Assembly: GCF_021869535.1 (NCBI RefSeq)
Contig: NW_026262593.1
Span: 13,392,001 to 13,456,000 of the forward strand
Reading direction: 5' to 3'
DNA length: 64,000 nucleotides
DNA from: Mytilus californianus
Taxonomy: Eukaryota
A model generated the notes under the pieces. The model worked only from the letters and a program-made list of their open reading frames with translations. It was not told the DNA's origin and did no database searches. Below, piece by piece: positions 26,758-38,350 of this stretch. Both the position numbers and the translations under genes were made by a program. Every line of letters begins with the position of its first letter. Position 1 is the stretch's first letter.

Positions 26758-27825
26758 CTGTGGACGAGAACAAGGCAGTTTTTAACTTTAAAATTTGCTT
26801 TCGTTTAAATTATTCATCAAAGTTGTTCAGGTACTTGAATAAATTTTAAAAATTGGTTATGTCACAAGATGATGGTATGGATGTTTAGTATACCATAGTT
26901 CCTTCGGGTGTAGCTGTCTATTAAACTTTGGGTTCGGTTCAGTAATATAAGTGTATCCGCATCGGAAACTTCCATCATTTAACAGACTTATGTGTTTAAT
27001 GTGTGTTTAATTTTTATATATTTTAGACACATTACAACTTTAGATATTTGGTGATGATTATTATTATCATTACAAGGCATTTTTAAAGCGCATTATATAC
27101 AATACAATTACTCCAAGCGCTTTACATGTTAAAAAAATATACATAAATTCGTACATACACGGAAATTGCAAAGTAAAAAATACGTTTAAAAGCATACAAA
27201 ATCAAAATCAAATATAAGAATTTAAGACTCTAAAAACTTCACCAAATTGGATATAAAATAGATTCAAAGAATTATTAATGAATTAGTAAAAATCTCAAAA
27301 ATGATGTGTTGTTTCGTTGTAGGATTCCAAGACAGCTGAGTGTTGAATAGCCCACATGTCTGATGTTTTTTATATAGTTATCAAAAGATTGAGATTATTA
27401 ATGATAATGGCTATAGGTGTATTTAGCGCAAAGATTTTAAAACTGCACTTTCACAATATTCCCTTTTAAGAATCGTAAATGAATTATGATTTCGGTTTAA
27501 TCCATACTTTGAACGCTGTTCGCTTGAAATAAAAAGACTCTGATAAGGACCCTATAAACAGGAGTTTTCATTCCAAATACAGAACTCGGTAACTATATCT
27601 TGATTCTTTTTTCAGACATATTCACCTATTTATCTCTGTACATACTTATATTTGGGTAAAGTTGAAAACGTGATAACATGAATAATCACCAATCCCCCTA
27701 TCGACCATTAAGTGCAAGTGCGTGCTCTCATTTTTCCATTTTCCCTGGACATGGTAGTTAATGTGTTCGATTCTTATTTTCAATAAACCCTGAAATATAG
27801 ATTCCAAGAAGTCTGACTACCAAAC

Positions 27826-27965
27826 TATATAGACTCTTGAACCGTCTTCAGAAAGTTTGGCAAAAACCTATTTTGATCCTCTTTTGAGAATCTGCTTCCA
27901 GTGCCGTATAAGACCTTTTCTTTGATCTTTTCACGAATCTTATGATGTAACAAGTAATAGTGCAC
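27826..27965 (-). CDS. candidate exon (VHYYLLHHKIREKIKEKVLYGTGSRFSKEDQNRFLPNFLKTVQESIx), phase 0-2
   Basis: Acceptor tttctagtcag, 46 open codons. Donor gtttgg is weak. Confidence 0.28.
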
Positions 27966-28764
27966 CTGACTAGAAATCTCGTTGTTTTAATGGCACAGAT
28001 CGATAAATTAATTACGCAGTGTGCGACTTATAACTTATTTACTCAGGTGCCAAGTCTATAAATAGAACTGATAAACAAATCATAAGACTGTGTAACAGAA
28101 AATTTTGTGTAATGTTACATCATGTTTGTTTTCACGTGCTTTTGTTTACAAAATAAGATGTATACAATTCTCGTGACTTACTATCTGTCGGTTTTAAAAG
28201 CTCTTCAGAGCTTATGTTTATACTTGTATTTGCACATACCGACTCTAAATAAAGCTTTATATCTTATGTCTTATGTCATTGTGTTAACAATACATACATG
28301 TATCAAGCTACAAAGTTAAAGATCATTATGTGGTGTTAAGTTGTTCTCGTTGTGCATGTATTCCCCATTCGTTTGTCATGTTGTCAAAAATAGTATTGTA
28401 ATAAATATTAACATTTTTTTTCAATGCTACATGTTTGTATTGTTTTCTATCTATCGATTTGTTATTTTTATGTTTTTCTTTAGTAACAATCCTATTGTTT
28501 GGATTTTAAACTAATAAAATTCTTATTCTTATTCTTATTAGAAGAAAAATCACTACGTCATTTTAGAATGACTTTTAGAATTAAGCATTGTATTCTCAGT
28601 AATGCTGGTCCTCGTAAGTTACTTGAAATTCAGACCTAACAGATGTATAACGCTTGAATGTCTGAGTTTTGTACTACACGCATGCTCCTTCTGGGCTTAT
28701 TAATGGAAAATAAACATATTCTTCTCTTCCAGGGAGATGTTCGGCTCCGTGGATGGGGGCTTAC

Positions 28765-28877
28765 TGTGAAATGAGACAGTGATGGGGATGCTGAGTCGCT
28801 GGGATAGGTCACTATTTTCAGATTCGTGGTATATAAGGTTGAGTTATTCAGAAGGTTGCTGATTAAATCATAAATAC
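28765..28877 (-). CDS. candidate exon (xIYDLISNLLNNSTLYTTNLKIVTYPSDSASPSLSHFT), phase 1-0
   Basis: Acceptor ttccgtggtttcag, donor ACA|gtaagc. Only one frame is open. Confidence 0.4.
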
Positions 28878-29141
28878 CTGAAACCACGGAAGTAATATTG
28901 AATATAATAATAATATTTAAATATTACTTCCATGCTGAAACTAATCAGATGTCGATTTTTTTTTCAATGATCCAATTAAAACCACCGTCGTAAATGTCAA
29001 ATCTATTTATCTCCCCATTAAATATCGTAATCATGTAAACTATAGACATATTTTTGTCATGATATATATATATATATGATTTTCTGTTAATCAAAGTATA
29101 TGAAAAGGGTGGGGTACTGGATATCTTAGCTGCTCAACTCT

Positions 29142-29422
29142 ACACAGGGAATTTTCACTCACATGAATTTCACCTCAAACGAGCTTATACGTGAAACTCA
29201 CGTGAAATCAGTTCATGTGAGTTTCACGTGAATCACATGATTTATTTTCACGTGAAATTCACGAGACTTCTAAAAATAAAGTTATTTGTATAACATCTAA
29301 ATTTTCAAATTTAATCAAAATCATTAAAAATAACAATTTTCTTTTTGTAAGTTCATGTGAAATTCACATTAACCTATGTGAAAATTTCATGCGAATTTCA
29401 CGTGAGCTAAATTTGCCTGTGT
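29142..29422. mobile_element. ~281-bp MITE with imperfect 26-bp TIRs, packed with TTCACGTGAA-like palindromes
   Basis: ACACAGGGAATTTTCACTCACATGAA vs reverse complement of the end ACACAGGCAAATTTAGCTCACGTGAA (21/26). Confidence 0.75.
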
Positions 29423-29890
29423 GCCACAAAAGGACATAAGTGCCCCGGCCCCTCCCCCTCCGAATTGACCCATGCCGTTTTCAAGCTGTTAATTTTTGTA
29501 ACAAAATATTGTTAAAAAATTTGAATTCTCAACCAAATAATAATTTGATTTGATATAATTTGAAGTTGAAGAACTGTGTCGTTTTATTTTTTATTTATTT
29601 TGACATCGGCCAACGTTAAAAGTCTTGAAATAGTTTTAGTAACTTTGTCTTTCGTTGTTAAATATCTGTTATGACAATAAAGTGTTCTGAATGACGTTAA
29701 ATGGGATCAAGTAACATAAAAATAGTACAATAAGTAAACTAATATTTACATTTTTACACACTTTACAGAATAGGGGAGTCATTTTAAATATTTTATTAAT
29801 CCAAACTGGCTAGTATTTGAACTGTTGGTAGAAAATAAAAGTACACAATAATTTAAAAATAAATTAAATATGAGATTAATCATACAAAAA

Positions 29891-30485
29891 GTATGTCTTG
29901 ATGTAAAGCCTGGGTTTAAGTTCTAATGTATGCTTGACCAAGCTCTGTCATCGGTACTAGTATGTCTTGATGTAAAGCCTGGGTTTAAGTTCTAATGTAT
30001 GCTTGACCAAGCTCTGCCATGGGTACTAGATTGTCTTGATGTAAAGCCTGGGTTTAAGTTCTTATGTATGCTTGACCAAGCTCTGCCATGGGTACTAGTA
30101 TGTCTTGATGTAAATCCTGGGTTTAAGTTCTAATGTTTGCTTGACCAAGCTCTGCCATTGGTACTAGTATGTCTTGGTGTAAAGCCTGGGTTTAAGTTCT
30201 AATGTATGTCTGACCAAGCTCTGCCATGGGTACTAGTATGTCTTGATGTAAATCCTGGGTTTAAGTTCTAATGTTTGCTTGACCAAGCTCTGCCATTGGT
30301 ACTAGTACGTCTTGGTGTAAAGCCTGGGTTTAAGTTCTAATGTATGCTTGACCAAGCTCTGTCATCGGTACTAGTATGTCTTGATGTAAAGCCTGGGTTT
30401 AAGTTCTAATGTATGCTTGACCAAGCTCTGCCATGGATACTAGTATGTCTTGATGTATGCTTGACTAAACTCTGCAATGGGTACA
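29891..30485. repeat. 69-bp minisatellite, 8 full units plus one internally deleted unit
   Basis: Period 69 (29891/29960). The last unit is deleted between the GATGTA and AATGTA microhomologies. Confidence 0.95.
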
Positions 30486-31805
30486 GGAATACAAAAGCAG
30501 TTCAAACCAATATTCTTATCCTCCGTGCAGTCCGGTATTCTGTTCCCGACTGAGGTTCCCGAAACGGTTAAAATTACTAAAAGTATAGGACAAGTGACAT
30601 TGTATCCAATTTCGTCGCCTTTTGAAAACAAAAAATTCAATATAGATTGCATAAAATAATTATCACTGAAATGAAATCGATTTAACGTTTAAACTTTAAT
30701 AATAATTTTTGATTATGATTATTCACAATTGTACTTATGTGACCTCGTGCTTTTTCACAGTCGTAAATTTTTATCTCCTTTACACGTGTATTGAAGGGTA
30801 TTGAAATTGTATCTGACTCGAGCTCTGTATGTTTCAGTAAAGGAATTTATTGTCATCTAGGACTTACAATAATTAATAACATTATTTTGTTAATGAGGAA
30901 CAAGAATAAACCCGCCAAAATCCAATAAAATTTCTTTTGTTTACAAAATTTAAAATGAATCAATTGTTGCCAAACAAAATATTGGACGTGGAAACGTAGT
31001 AAAGATTACGAAATGAGCGCATTTGATTGGCTGTCCCACATCGTTATCGCGATGGCATTCCATTCATACTGTTGTCGCTGAAGGGTGAATTCATTTACAT
31101 ATAGGTTATGACAAGTTAAAATCATCGCAAATTACACAAATTTCAGATATTTTCATTAAAAATAAATATAACCATGCGATTCTGCATATAAAATTGTACC
31201 ATTACAAATTTAAATTTTACATTGAGGTATTTTATTAATTCTAAATTTTCACGAAACATGAATACCTTACATGTAAACATAACACGACACGAAGTCAATC
31301 ATGATCACATGACCTGAACAGGGCGCGAACATAAAAGCTGGCTCTGTGCCAAGATCGATATTCACCCAACATCTAAACTATTTGGGGAGTGTTGGCGGAT
31401 TTTTAATACGTACATTTTATGTAAACATTACAGTATTCTTCAGTTCCCCGTTACAAAAATTGATGAATATAGTTAACCATTATAAAATAAAATGGAAATA
31501 AATTCAAATCGTCTTTAAAACAATTTCTGCTAATAGATATTTTATAAAACATGACATGTTACAAAACCTGTTATCCCTAATGGACGAGTCTACTTTGAAA
31601 AACCAGACATGAAATTGACAATTTGCCAACTTCGTTCTATTGGCCCAGTTTGGATAGACGGTATTCAAATAACAAAGTAACGAGTGTTTATGTTCAGTGT
31701 TTGTTGACGTTCGGAGTAGTTCACACGAGAAAATTTCCACTCAACAGTTTTACAACATTACTTGTTTTATCCTGATTTAATACAGTAATATAACAAAATT
31801 TGATC

Positions 31806-32432
31806 ATGGCTATGTTTCCTAATGCTACGAAAGGATATATGCCGTTTGTCAGTGGCCACAAAAGACAAATACCAGTTAAAAAGCAAAAACATGACAATTA
31901 CAAAGTGAAGAAAACCTACCAAGTCACATTGAAGGATAAAAGTGGAAAAACATTCACATACATTGTGAAGACAGATGGAACAAAATCTTTACCCGTACTG
32001 TGTGAAAACATGATGGGAAAACTTGGCAGTACTGATTCATTGCCTAACATTGGACTTAGCAGCCCAAAAAGAAAAAGTTTTGACCTGAAGGACTTGAGAA
32101 GTCAAGTCGAAAATGAGAAGAAACAAGGACTTTTTAGTACTTTCATCAATTTTTTTAAAGAAAAAACTGGAAAAAGCAGCAAAAGTGGAAAATCTAAGCG
32201 AAAATCTAAACCTTTGGAACAGAGAAAAAGAAAAAGAACCGTTTCAGCAATGTCTAATTTGGACCCAATCCAGGAGTCTCCAGACGAAGACGCATATGCC
32301 GATGATGACACTGATTCATATGCTCATGACTGCAGTAGTTTAAGTGACTCTGAGATGAGTGAGAGTATTAGCTTTAGTGACTATAGTATAAAGAGACATG
32401 ACAGTGAAAAAGAAAATAGCGAAGAATCTTGA
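31806..32432 (+). CDS. uncharacterised 208-aa protein, apparently intronless: possible beta-grasp-like N-terminus, basic Lys/Arg/Ser middle, acidic Ser/Asp tail
   Basis: Longest non-repetitive ORF in the window. ATG in gatcATGG context, protein-like composition, TCAGT Inr-like motif at ~31695, AT-rich downstream sequence. Confidence 0.8.
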   Translation: MAMFPNATKGYMPFVSGHKRQIPVKKQKHDNYKVKKTYQVTLKDKSGKTFTYIVKTDGTKSLPVLCENMMGKLGSTDSLPNIGLSSPKRKSFDLKDLRSQVENEKKQGLFSTFINFFKEKTGKSSKSGKSKRKSKPLEQRKRKRTVSAMSNLDPIQESPDEDAYADDDTDSYAHDCSSLSDSEMSESISFSDYSIKRHDSEKENSEES

Positions 32433-33869
32433 TAAACATTTGACAATTTAGGATTTGATAATCAATTTGGACTTTCCCAACAGTCCTAGACAGAGAAGAC
32501 GAAACCCATCTAACTTCTCTACCTCCAAAGGATTCGGAGACGGCCATGTCAACAGTGTGTGGGCTGAGCTGGTTACATGTACATTGTAACAGCTGTGATA
32601 CGAACTAGCTGGATCAGTTGGTGTTTTCAATCAGATTTAATTGAAAAATGAAAAAAAACATTAAGGAATTATCTTTACCATGTTTTTAACCATCAAACAT
32701 GAACAATTTCAAAAGAACAAGGACAAAACGTAAATTAGTGTGTTCAAAGATTGTACTAACACAACGAAGTGAGTTACTGAACAATTGTCGATTTATATTG
32801 TGTGCTATTATTAGTAGGCAGCTTTTTGTGAAGAACAAACTATTTTAACCAAAATTAAATGAATTGTGCTCAATCTTGTGCGTAAGTGTGTAATATTTAT
32901 TTTTATTCCAACATGTTAAGTTATTGATCGCATTAGCGTAATTTTTACGTTAATTTATGCCATTCAATGCAATATTTTTTGTTGTTCTAAGTATGTTATT
33001 TCACATTGTGTTCTAAGCCTGCTAATTTCTTATTTTCAAAATCATAAGGTTTAAATGTTTTCCACGAATTTGCTCTAGTAATTCGTGTCGTTGAATATTC
33101 ATGAGCGATAAGGATTGTAATCCGATCGATCGATTGTAAAAGTCATGTTTGACGAATTTTCTTTTTAAATAAGCAATTTTTAAAGCCTATTTTTTAGTAC
33201 ATTGTAAGAAGTAAACTTATATTTCATATTGTAACAAAACTTTAGAGGAAGTGTAAGTAAATTTAGTGAAAATTTGAAAAAACTTCAGAAAAATTTCCGT
33301 TCAAAGATATCAGAAAATTTTCCGTTCATTGATAGGCGTATGTTTACATACGTCATCAAGGCGCGAAGGTTGTGTTCGCCATATTGGGAATGCGAGGGAA
33401 TTGCCTATGGCAACGTGTATCGATCAAATTCTTGTGACAACAATAAAAACTATTTGGGGCTAACATGGCTAATGGTATTTAAAAATCAATGTGATTAAAT
33501 ATTGTTAAAAGTTTTTGAATGTATTTATTTATGTGTGATAGATAAGACGGATGATTGTAATTTATTCAATGAATGGAGTTGGTATTGTATGACATTTTTG
33601 TAAAAGTGTTTTGTTGGTGCATTAAACACCAATTAAAACCATGTTATTGATTCAAATTAAATTATATTTTTAATAATCATGCAGTTTGTTATTATTATGG
33701 TTTAGTCTAACAATTATCTACGAGATGAATGACAAAGTAACTCTTGGATTATTTGTTGGTGATTCAGATTTTCATTTAAAAAAAACTTCTAAATGAATTG
33801 ATGCGAGGTAAACGTTATCGAGACAGCAATCTACAATACGTTTGTTTGTTACTTTATATGGAATTTGGT

Positions 33870-34005
33870 ATTCGACTTTGGGAGGTTTTGATTGTGGTAT
33901 TTGACATTGGGAAGTTTTAATTGTGGTTTTCGACTATGGGAAGTTTTGATTGTGGTATTTGGGAAGTTTTGAATGTGGTATTTGACTTTGGGAAGTTTTG
34001 ATTGT
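33870..34005. repeat. 29-bp degenerate tandem repeat, ~5 units
   Basis: TTCGACTTTGGGAAGTTTTGATTGTGGTA variants. Confidence 0.85.
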
Positions 34006-34936
34006 AACAGGCGGCTCGTTTTTTTGAAAGGGAAGTTTGATACTGAATGCCATGATGGGCTATACAGAAAACATACAAAAAAAAATGGTAGTATTTAAAT
34101 CAATAATAATTGATTCAGTGCTGATTGCTGAACGCTGACTTATCATAAAAACGATTCTGAGTAATGAAACAGGACAATTAAAAAGAAATTATAAACGTCA
34201 ACCAACTGAAACAAAAAGTACACTAAAACATTACTGTGCAGATATGTAAAAAAAAACCAACGGTTTTTTTTATTCAAAATACTCAATCGATATATATATA
34301 CAAAAATACTGAATCGGTACAATGCACCTTATGCGATGACAGTCGATTACATACTTGGAATAACCGACGACCTACTTGTAAAGTGCCGAAAGGTACTTGT
34401 TCGTGAAATGTTACTAACTGGCACAAAGTACTTGTCTTTTGTCCATTAATATGATAATTACATCTTCATATTGTAACGCTTATAATGTACATTACAAATA
34501 CATATAAGTAAAAAAGAAAGCAATAAGTCTGGTCACATTAAACTCAAATTATTTTTGTACCTGAAGTAATATACTGTCCCAATAAAACTAACATGATTTA
34601 TGCAACACAATTTTTCAAATAATGAAAGGAAGAAAAACTTGACACAAACAATGAGCAAATATGAGATGGAAAATAAAAAAAAAAACCAAAATGCTGGTGA
34701 TTCATAGAAGCAGACCACAAATATCATAATTATAAAACACTTCCTATCAACCTTAATGTATAGAAAGTTAATGCGCCTTGTAAACTCAAAAGGTAAATAT
34801 AAAAGTGCACAGATTAAAAAAACAAACCAAGGGATATGATTTCCGTGTGTGTAGAACGCTCGTGACATAAATTTGGGGATTGCCAAAGAGAGGCGGAAGA
34901 TACCAAAGGGATATTAAAACGTTCCAAGAGATAACG

Positions 34937-35401
34937 TATAGGTTACAAAAGCGCAATTATTTGTTTACATTTTACCGGTAATTTTTTAACCCAAGATGGT
35001 ACTCAGAATAGAATCCTATACGGCTTCTGATTGGATGATTCAGGATTGGAATAACATGTAATCGAAAGCTTATCCAATTAGGTTTAAAAAATGCAGAAAA
35101 TCGTATTCACATTTTACAAAGTATAGAAATATCTTCCATTTCTGCACGTCGGAGCCATTAAAAATATGCCTTTTTCATTAAGCGAAAAAAATAGACGATC
35201 TTTTTCAACTGCATTTTAAGTCAATTTTTGCCGCATGACCATATATATTTTTTTGGTTGTAATGCAACACTGGCATTTGTAGTAACAGGAACTGCTACCC
35301 GTTTTTCCCTAGTTTGTGTAGTCTTCGAGGAAAAAAATACGGAACACCAGTGGTACCCTATGGAAAATGCATTACGAATAATTGCGCTCTTGTAACCTAT
35401 A
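34937..35401. mobile_element. MITE with 25-bp TIRs (TA or TATA target duplication)
   Basis: TATAGGTTACAAAAGCGCAATTATT (34937-34961) vs AATAATTGCGCTCTTGTAACCTATA (35377-35401), 24/25. Confidence 0.85.
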
Positions 35402-35414
35402 AACCCGATGCATT

Positions 35415-35695
35415 TTTATGCACCTGTCCTAAGTCAGGAGCCTGTTGTTCAGTGGTTGTCGTTTGTTGGTGTAGTTCATAGGTGTTTCTCGTTTCGTTTT
35501 TTATATAGATCAGACCGTTGGTTTTCCTGTTTGAATTGTTTTACACTAGTCATTTTGGGGCCCTTTATACCTTGCGGTGTGAGCCAAGGCTCCGTGTTGA
35601 AGGCCGTACTTTGACCTATAATTGTTAACTTTTTATACACTGTGACTTAGATGGAGAGTTGTCTCATTGGCACTCATACCACATCTTATTCATAT
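35415..35695 (+). mobile_element. 5'-truncated copy of the Penelope-associated 3' repeat
   Basis: CCTGTCCTAAGTCAGGAGCC...GTTGTCTCATTGGCACTCATACCACATCTT is collinear with 63548-63825. Confidence 0.8.
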
Positions 35696-36190
35696 AAGCC
35701 TAAAAACCAAAAGTGTCTGAATAGAACAGAACGAATCGTCAAAGGTCACCTTTGTTTGACAGAGTTCCAACCTTACACAATGGACCCTTTAAAACGTCAT
35801 GGACCACAACGACTCTCTGATACTGAATGGATGCTTCAAATGATTTTGCATAATTTTTCTGCCAAACAACCAATTCTGAATATTAATAAAAAGTCTGAAC
35901 AAAAATTTAAATATAATGAGTTAGTAAGCTAACAAACCTCCGGACCTGAAATGCCGACCGGCATTAAGAGGATTGGTGAGGTAAAGCTAAAAACCTTACA
36001 AGACCACATTGATGATCAATGGATATTAGGATAAGACAACAATTGTAAACTATTCTATAATGGTATTGGGGTTTTGTCACCGTCATTTGTACATACAATC
36101 GGCATCGTGTTCATATTGTCTTTTATGATCCCTTCTATCGTTCTATCAGATCAACAAAAAACGTATTATTTTAATATCTTTTCATATCGA

Positions 36191-36290
36191 TATAAAAATA
36201 AGAAGATGTGGTAAGATTGCCAATGAAACTAGAGACAAGTTGGCGTAGAAGTTGAACAACTGTACGTCACTAAACGACCGTCGAATTTTT
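36191..36290 (-). mobile_element. short copy of the same 3' repeat
   Basis: TATAAAAATAAGAAGATGTGGTAAGATTGCCAATGAAAC. Confidence 0.65.
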
Positions 36291-36554
36291 CTTTCGTTGA
36301 TCTTCAGTTTACTAAGTTTTAAAAGAAAAAAAAACTGCAGGGGACAAAATTTCAACTATGATCCGTTTAAATTTCTCATAAACTTCACGCACATGGGTAT
36401 GATAGGTCTAACAGTTTCTAAGCTGAAAATGGTATAAAGGGACCGAAAATAAGGAGTGGCATGTAGAATTAGGAGATTTTAAGCTTGTCCTTAATAAAGT
36501 GTATGTTTTAATGTCGCAAATTGAGTTTACCTACGGCTAGCAACACGTGGTCAC

Positions 36555-37632
36555 TACTGAGTATGTTAATTGTTACTGCTATTTGGTTTTTTTTCTTCTC
36601 TTCTACACAGTACACATTACTGAGTTAGTTGATTATTACTGCTTTTTTTCTTCTCTTCTATACAGTACACATTACTGAGTTAATTGATAATTACTGCTTT
36701 TTTTCTTCTCTTCTACACAGTACACATTACTGAGTAAGTTGATTGTTACTGCTTTTTTTCTTCTCTTCTATACAGTACACATTACTGAGTTAGTTGATTA
36801 TTACTGCTTTTTTTCTTCTCTTCTATACAGTACACATTACTGAGTTAGTTGATTATTACTGCTTTTTTTCTTCTCTTCTACACAGTACACATTACTGAGT
36901 TAGTTGATTATTACTGCTTTTTTTTTTCTCTTCTATACAGTACACATTACTGAGTAAGTTGATTATTACTGCTTTTTTTCTTCTCTTCTATACAGTACAC
37001 ATTACTGAGTTAGTTGATTATTACTGCTTTTTTCTTCTCTTCTATACAGTACACATTACTGAGTTAGTTGATTATTACTGCTTTTTTTCTTCTCTTCTAT
37101 ACAGTACACATTACTGAGTAAGTTGATTATTACTGCTTTTTTTCTTCTCTTCTATACAGTACACATTACTGAGTTAGTTGATTATTACTGCTTTTTTTCT
37201 TCTCTTTTACACAGTACACATTACTGAGTAAGTTGATTATTACTGCTTTTTTTCTTCTCTTCTATACAGTTCACATTACTGAGTAAGTTGATTATTACTG
37301 CTTTTTTTCTTCTCTTCTATACAGTACACATTACTGAGTTAGTTGATTATTACTGCTTTTTTTCTTCTCTTCTACACAGTACACATTACTGAGTAAGTTG
37401 ATTATTACTGCTTTTTTTCTTCTCTTCTATACAGTTCACATTACTGAGTAAGTTGATTATTACTGCTTTTTTTCTTCTCTTCTATACAGTACACATTACT
37501 GAGTTAGTTGATTGTTACTGCTTTTTTTCTTCTCTTCTATACAGTACACATTACTGAGTTAATTGATAATTACTGCTTTTTTTCTTCTCTTCTATACAGT
37601 ACACATTACTGAGTAAGTTGATTGTTACTGAT
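36555..37632 (+). repeat. 55-bp minisatellite, ~20 units, unit resembles acceptor + 13-nt exon + donor
   Basis: Unit ...TTTTTTTCTTCTCTTCTATACAG TACACATTACTGA GT(A/T)AGTTGATTATTACTGC, period 54-56. Confidence 0.95.
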
Positions 37633-37993
37633 GTTAGTTGTTTTTTTCTGTATATTGTAATCACCACGGAGCAAGTTGGTTTTACAGCTATTTATTTTGG
37701 TGAAGTATACATGTAGTTCCAACTCCTGAGTCAGTTGTGTGTTTTTCTGTATACTAGAAGTACCCTCGTGCATGGGAGTGCGTTGATTGTTATGGTATTT
37801 TTTATAGTACCCACTTCTGAGTTATAGTTATGTAGTATCCATTTGAATCTAACAAAAATCGACATAAGAAAAGAAAATAAAAAGTTTCATGTGACAACAT
37901 AAATTATCGTTTTAACTTTGTACGGACAGTGACACTCGGTTGACCCCGCTCATGTGACATATACGGTACAATTCTTGTCAGCGTAATTTTATG

Positions 37994-38348
37994 TTATTAT
38001 ACTTCACGTAAAAATGCCAGATTTTGATTGGTTCATACGAGGGAGACAATTTACGCTATCCCATGGTTCAGCGGGAGACAATTTTTTTGAATGTCACCCT
38101 CTCGTGCGGACCAATAAAAAATCGATAATTCAAAAGACAATGAATTGCACTTAGATCAATGATTTTATAAAAAAATCTAAAGTTTTACGTTTTTTCATTG
38201 ATTGTCACTTTAAATAAAAACAAAATACTTCTTGTTTCACTTTTGTTATTTTTGTACAACTGTAACGTTGTTTTGTAAACAGTTTCATATATCATTACTT
38301 TTAATTTAAGTTTAAATGACAATAATGATAGGACATTGAGTATAATAA
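37994..38348. mobile_element. 355-bp MITE-like element with 10-bp TIRs
   Basis: TTATTATACT...AGTATAATAA. Internal TCACCCTCTC motif is shared with the adjacent palindrome. Confidence 0.55.
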
Positions 38349-38350
38349 AT

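Noticed and set aside
17443-27655. Alternative plus-strand exon chain (17443-17577, 17698-17769, 20840-20890, 27616-27655)
   Set aside because: Phase-compatible, but with weaker splice sites at the first exons and no recognisable product. It mainly shows how easily such chains arise by chance, which lowers confidence in the minus-strand chain.
27300-27660. Possible highly decayed CR1/L2 C-terminal coding remnant on +
   Set aside because: Only scattered residues (FR..HTL, EFH) across frameshifts, too weak to call by eye.
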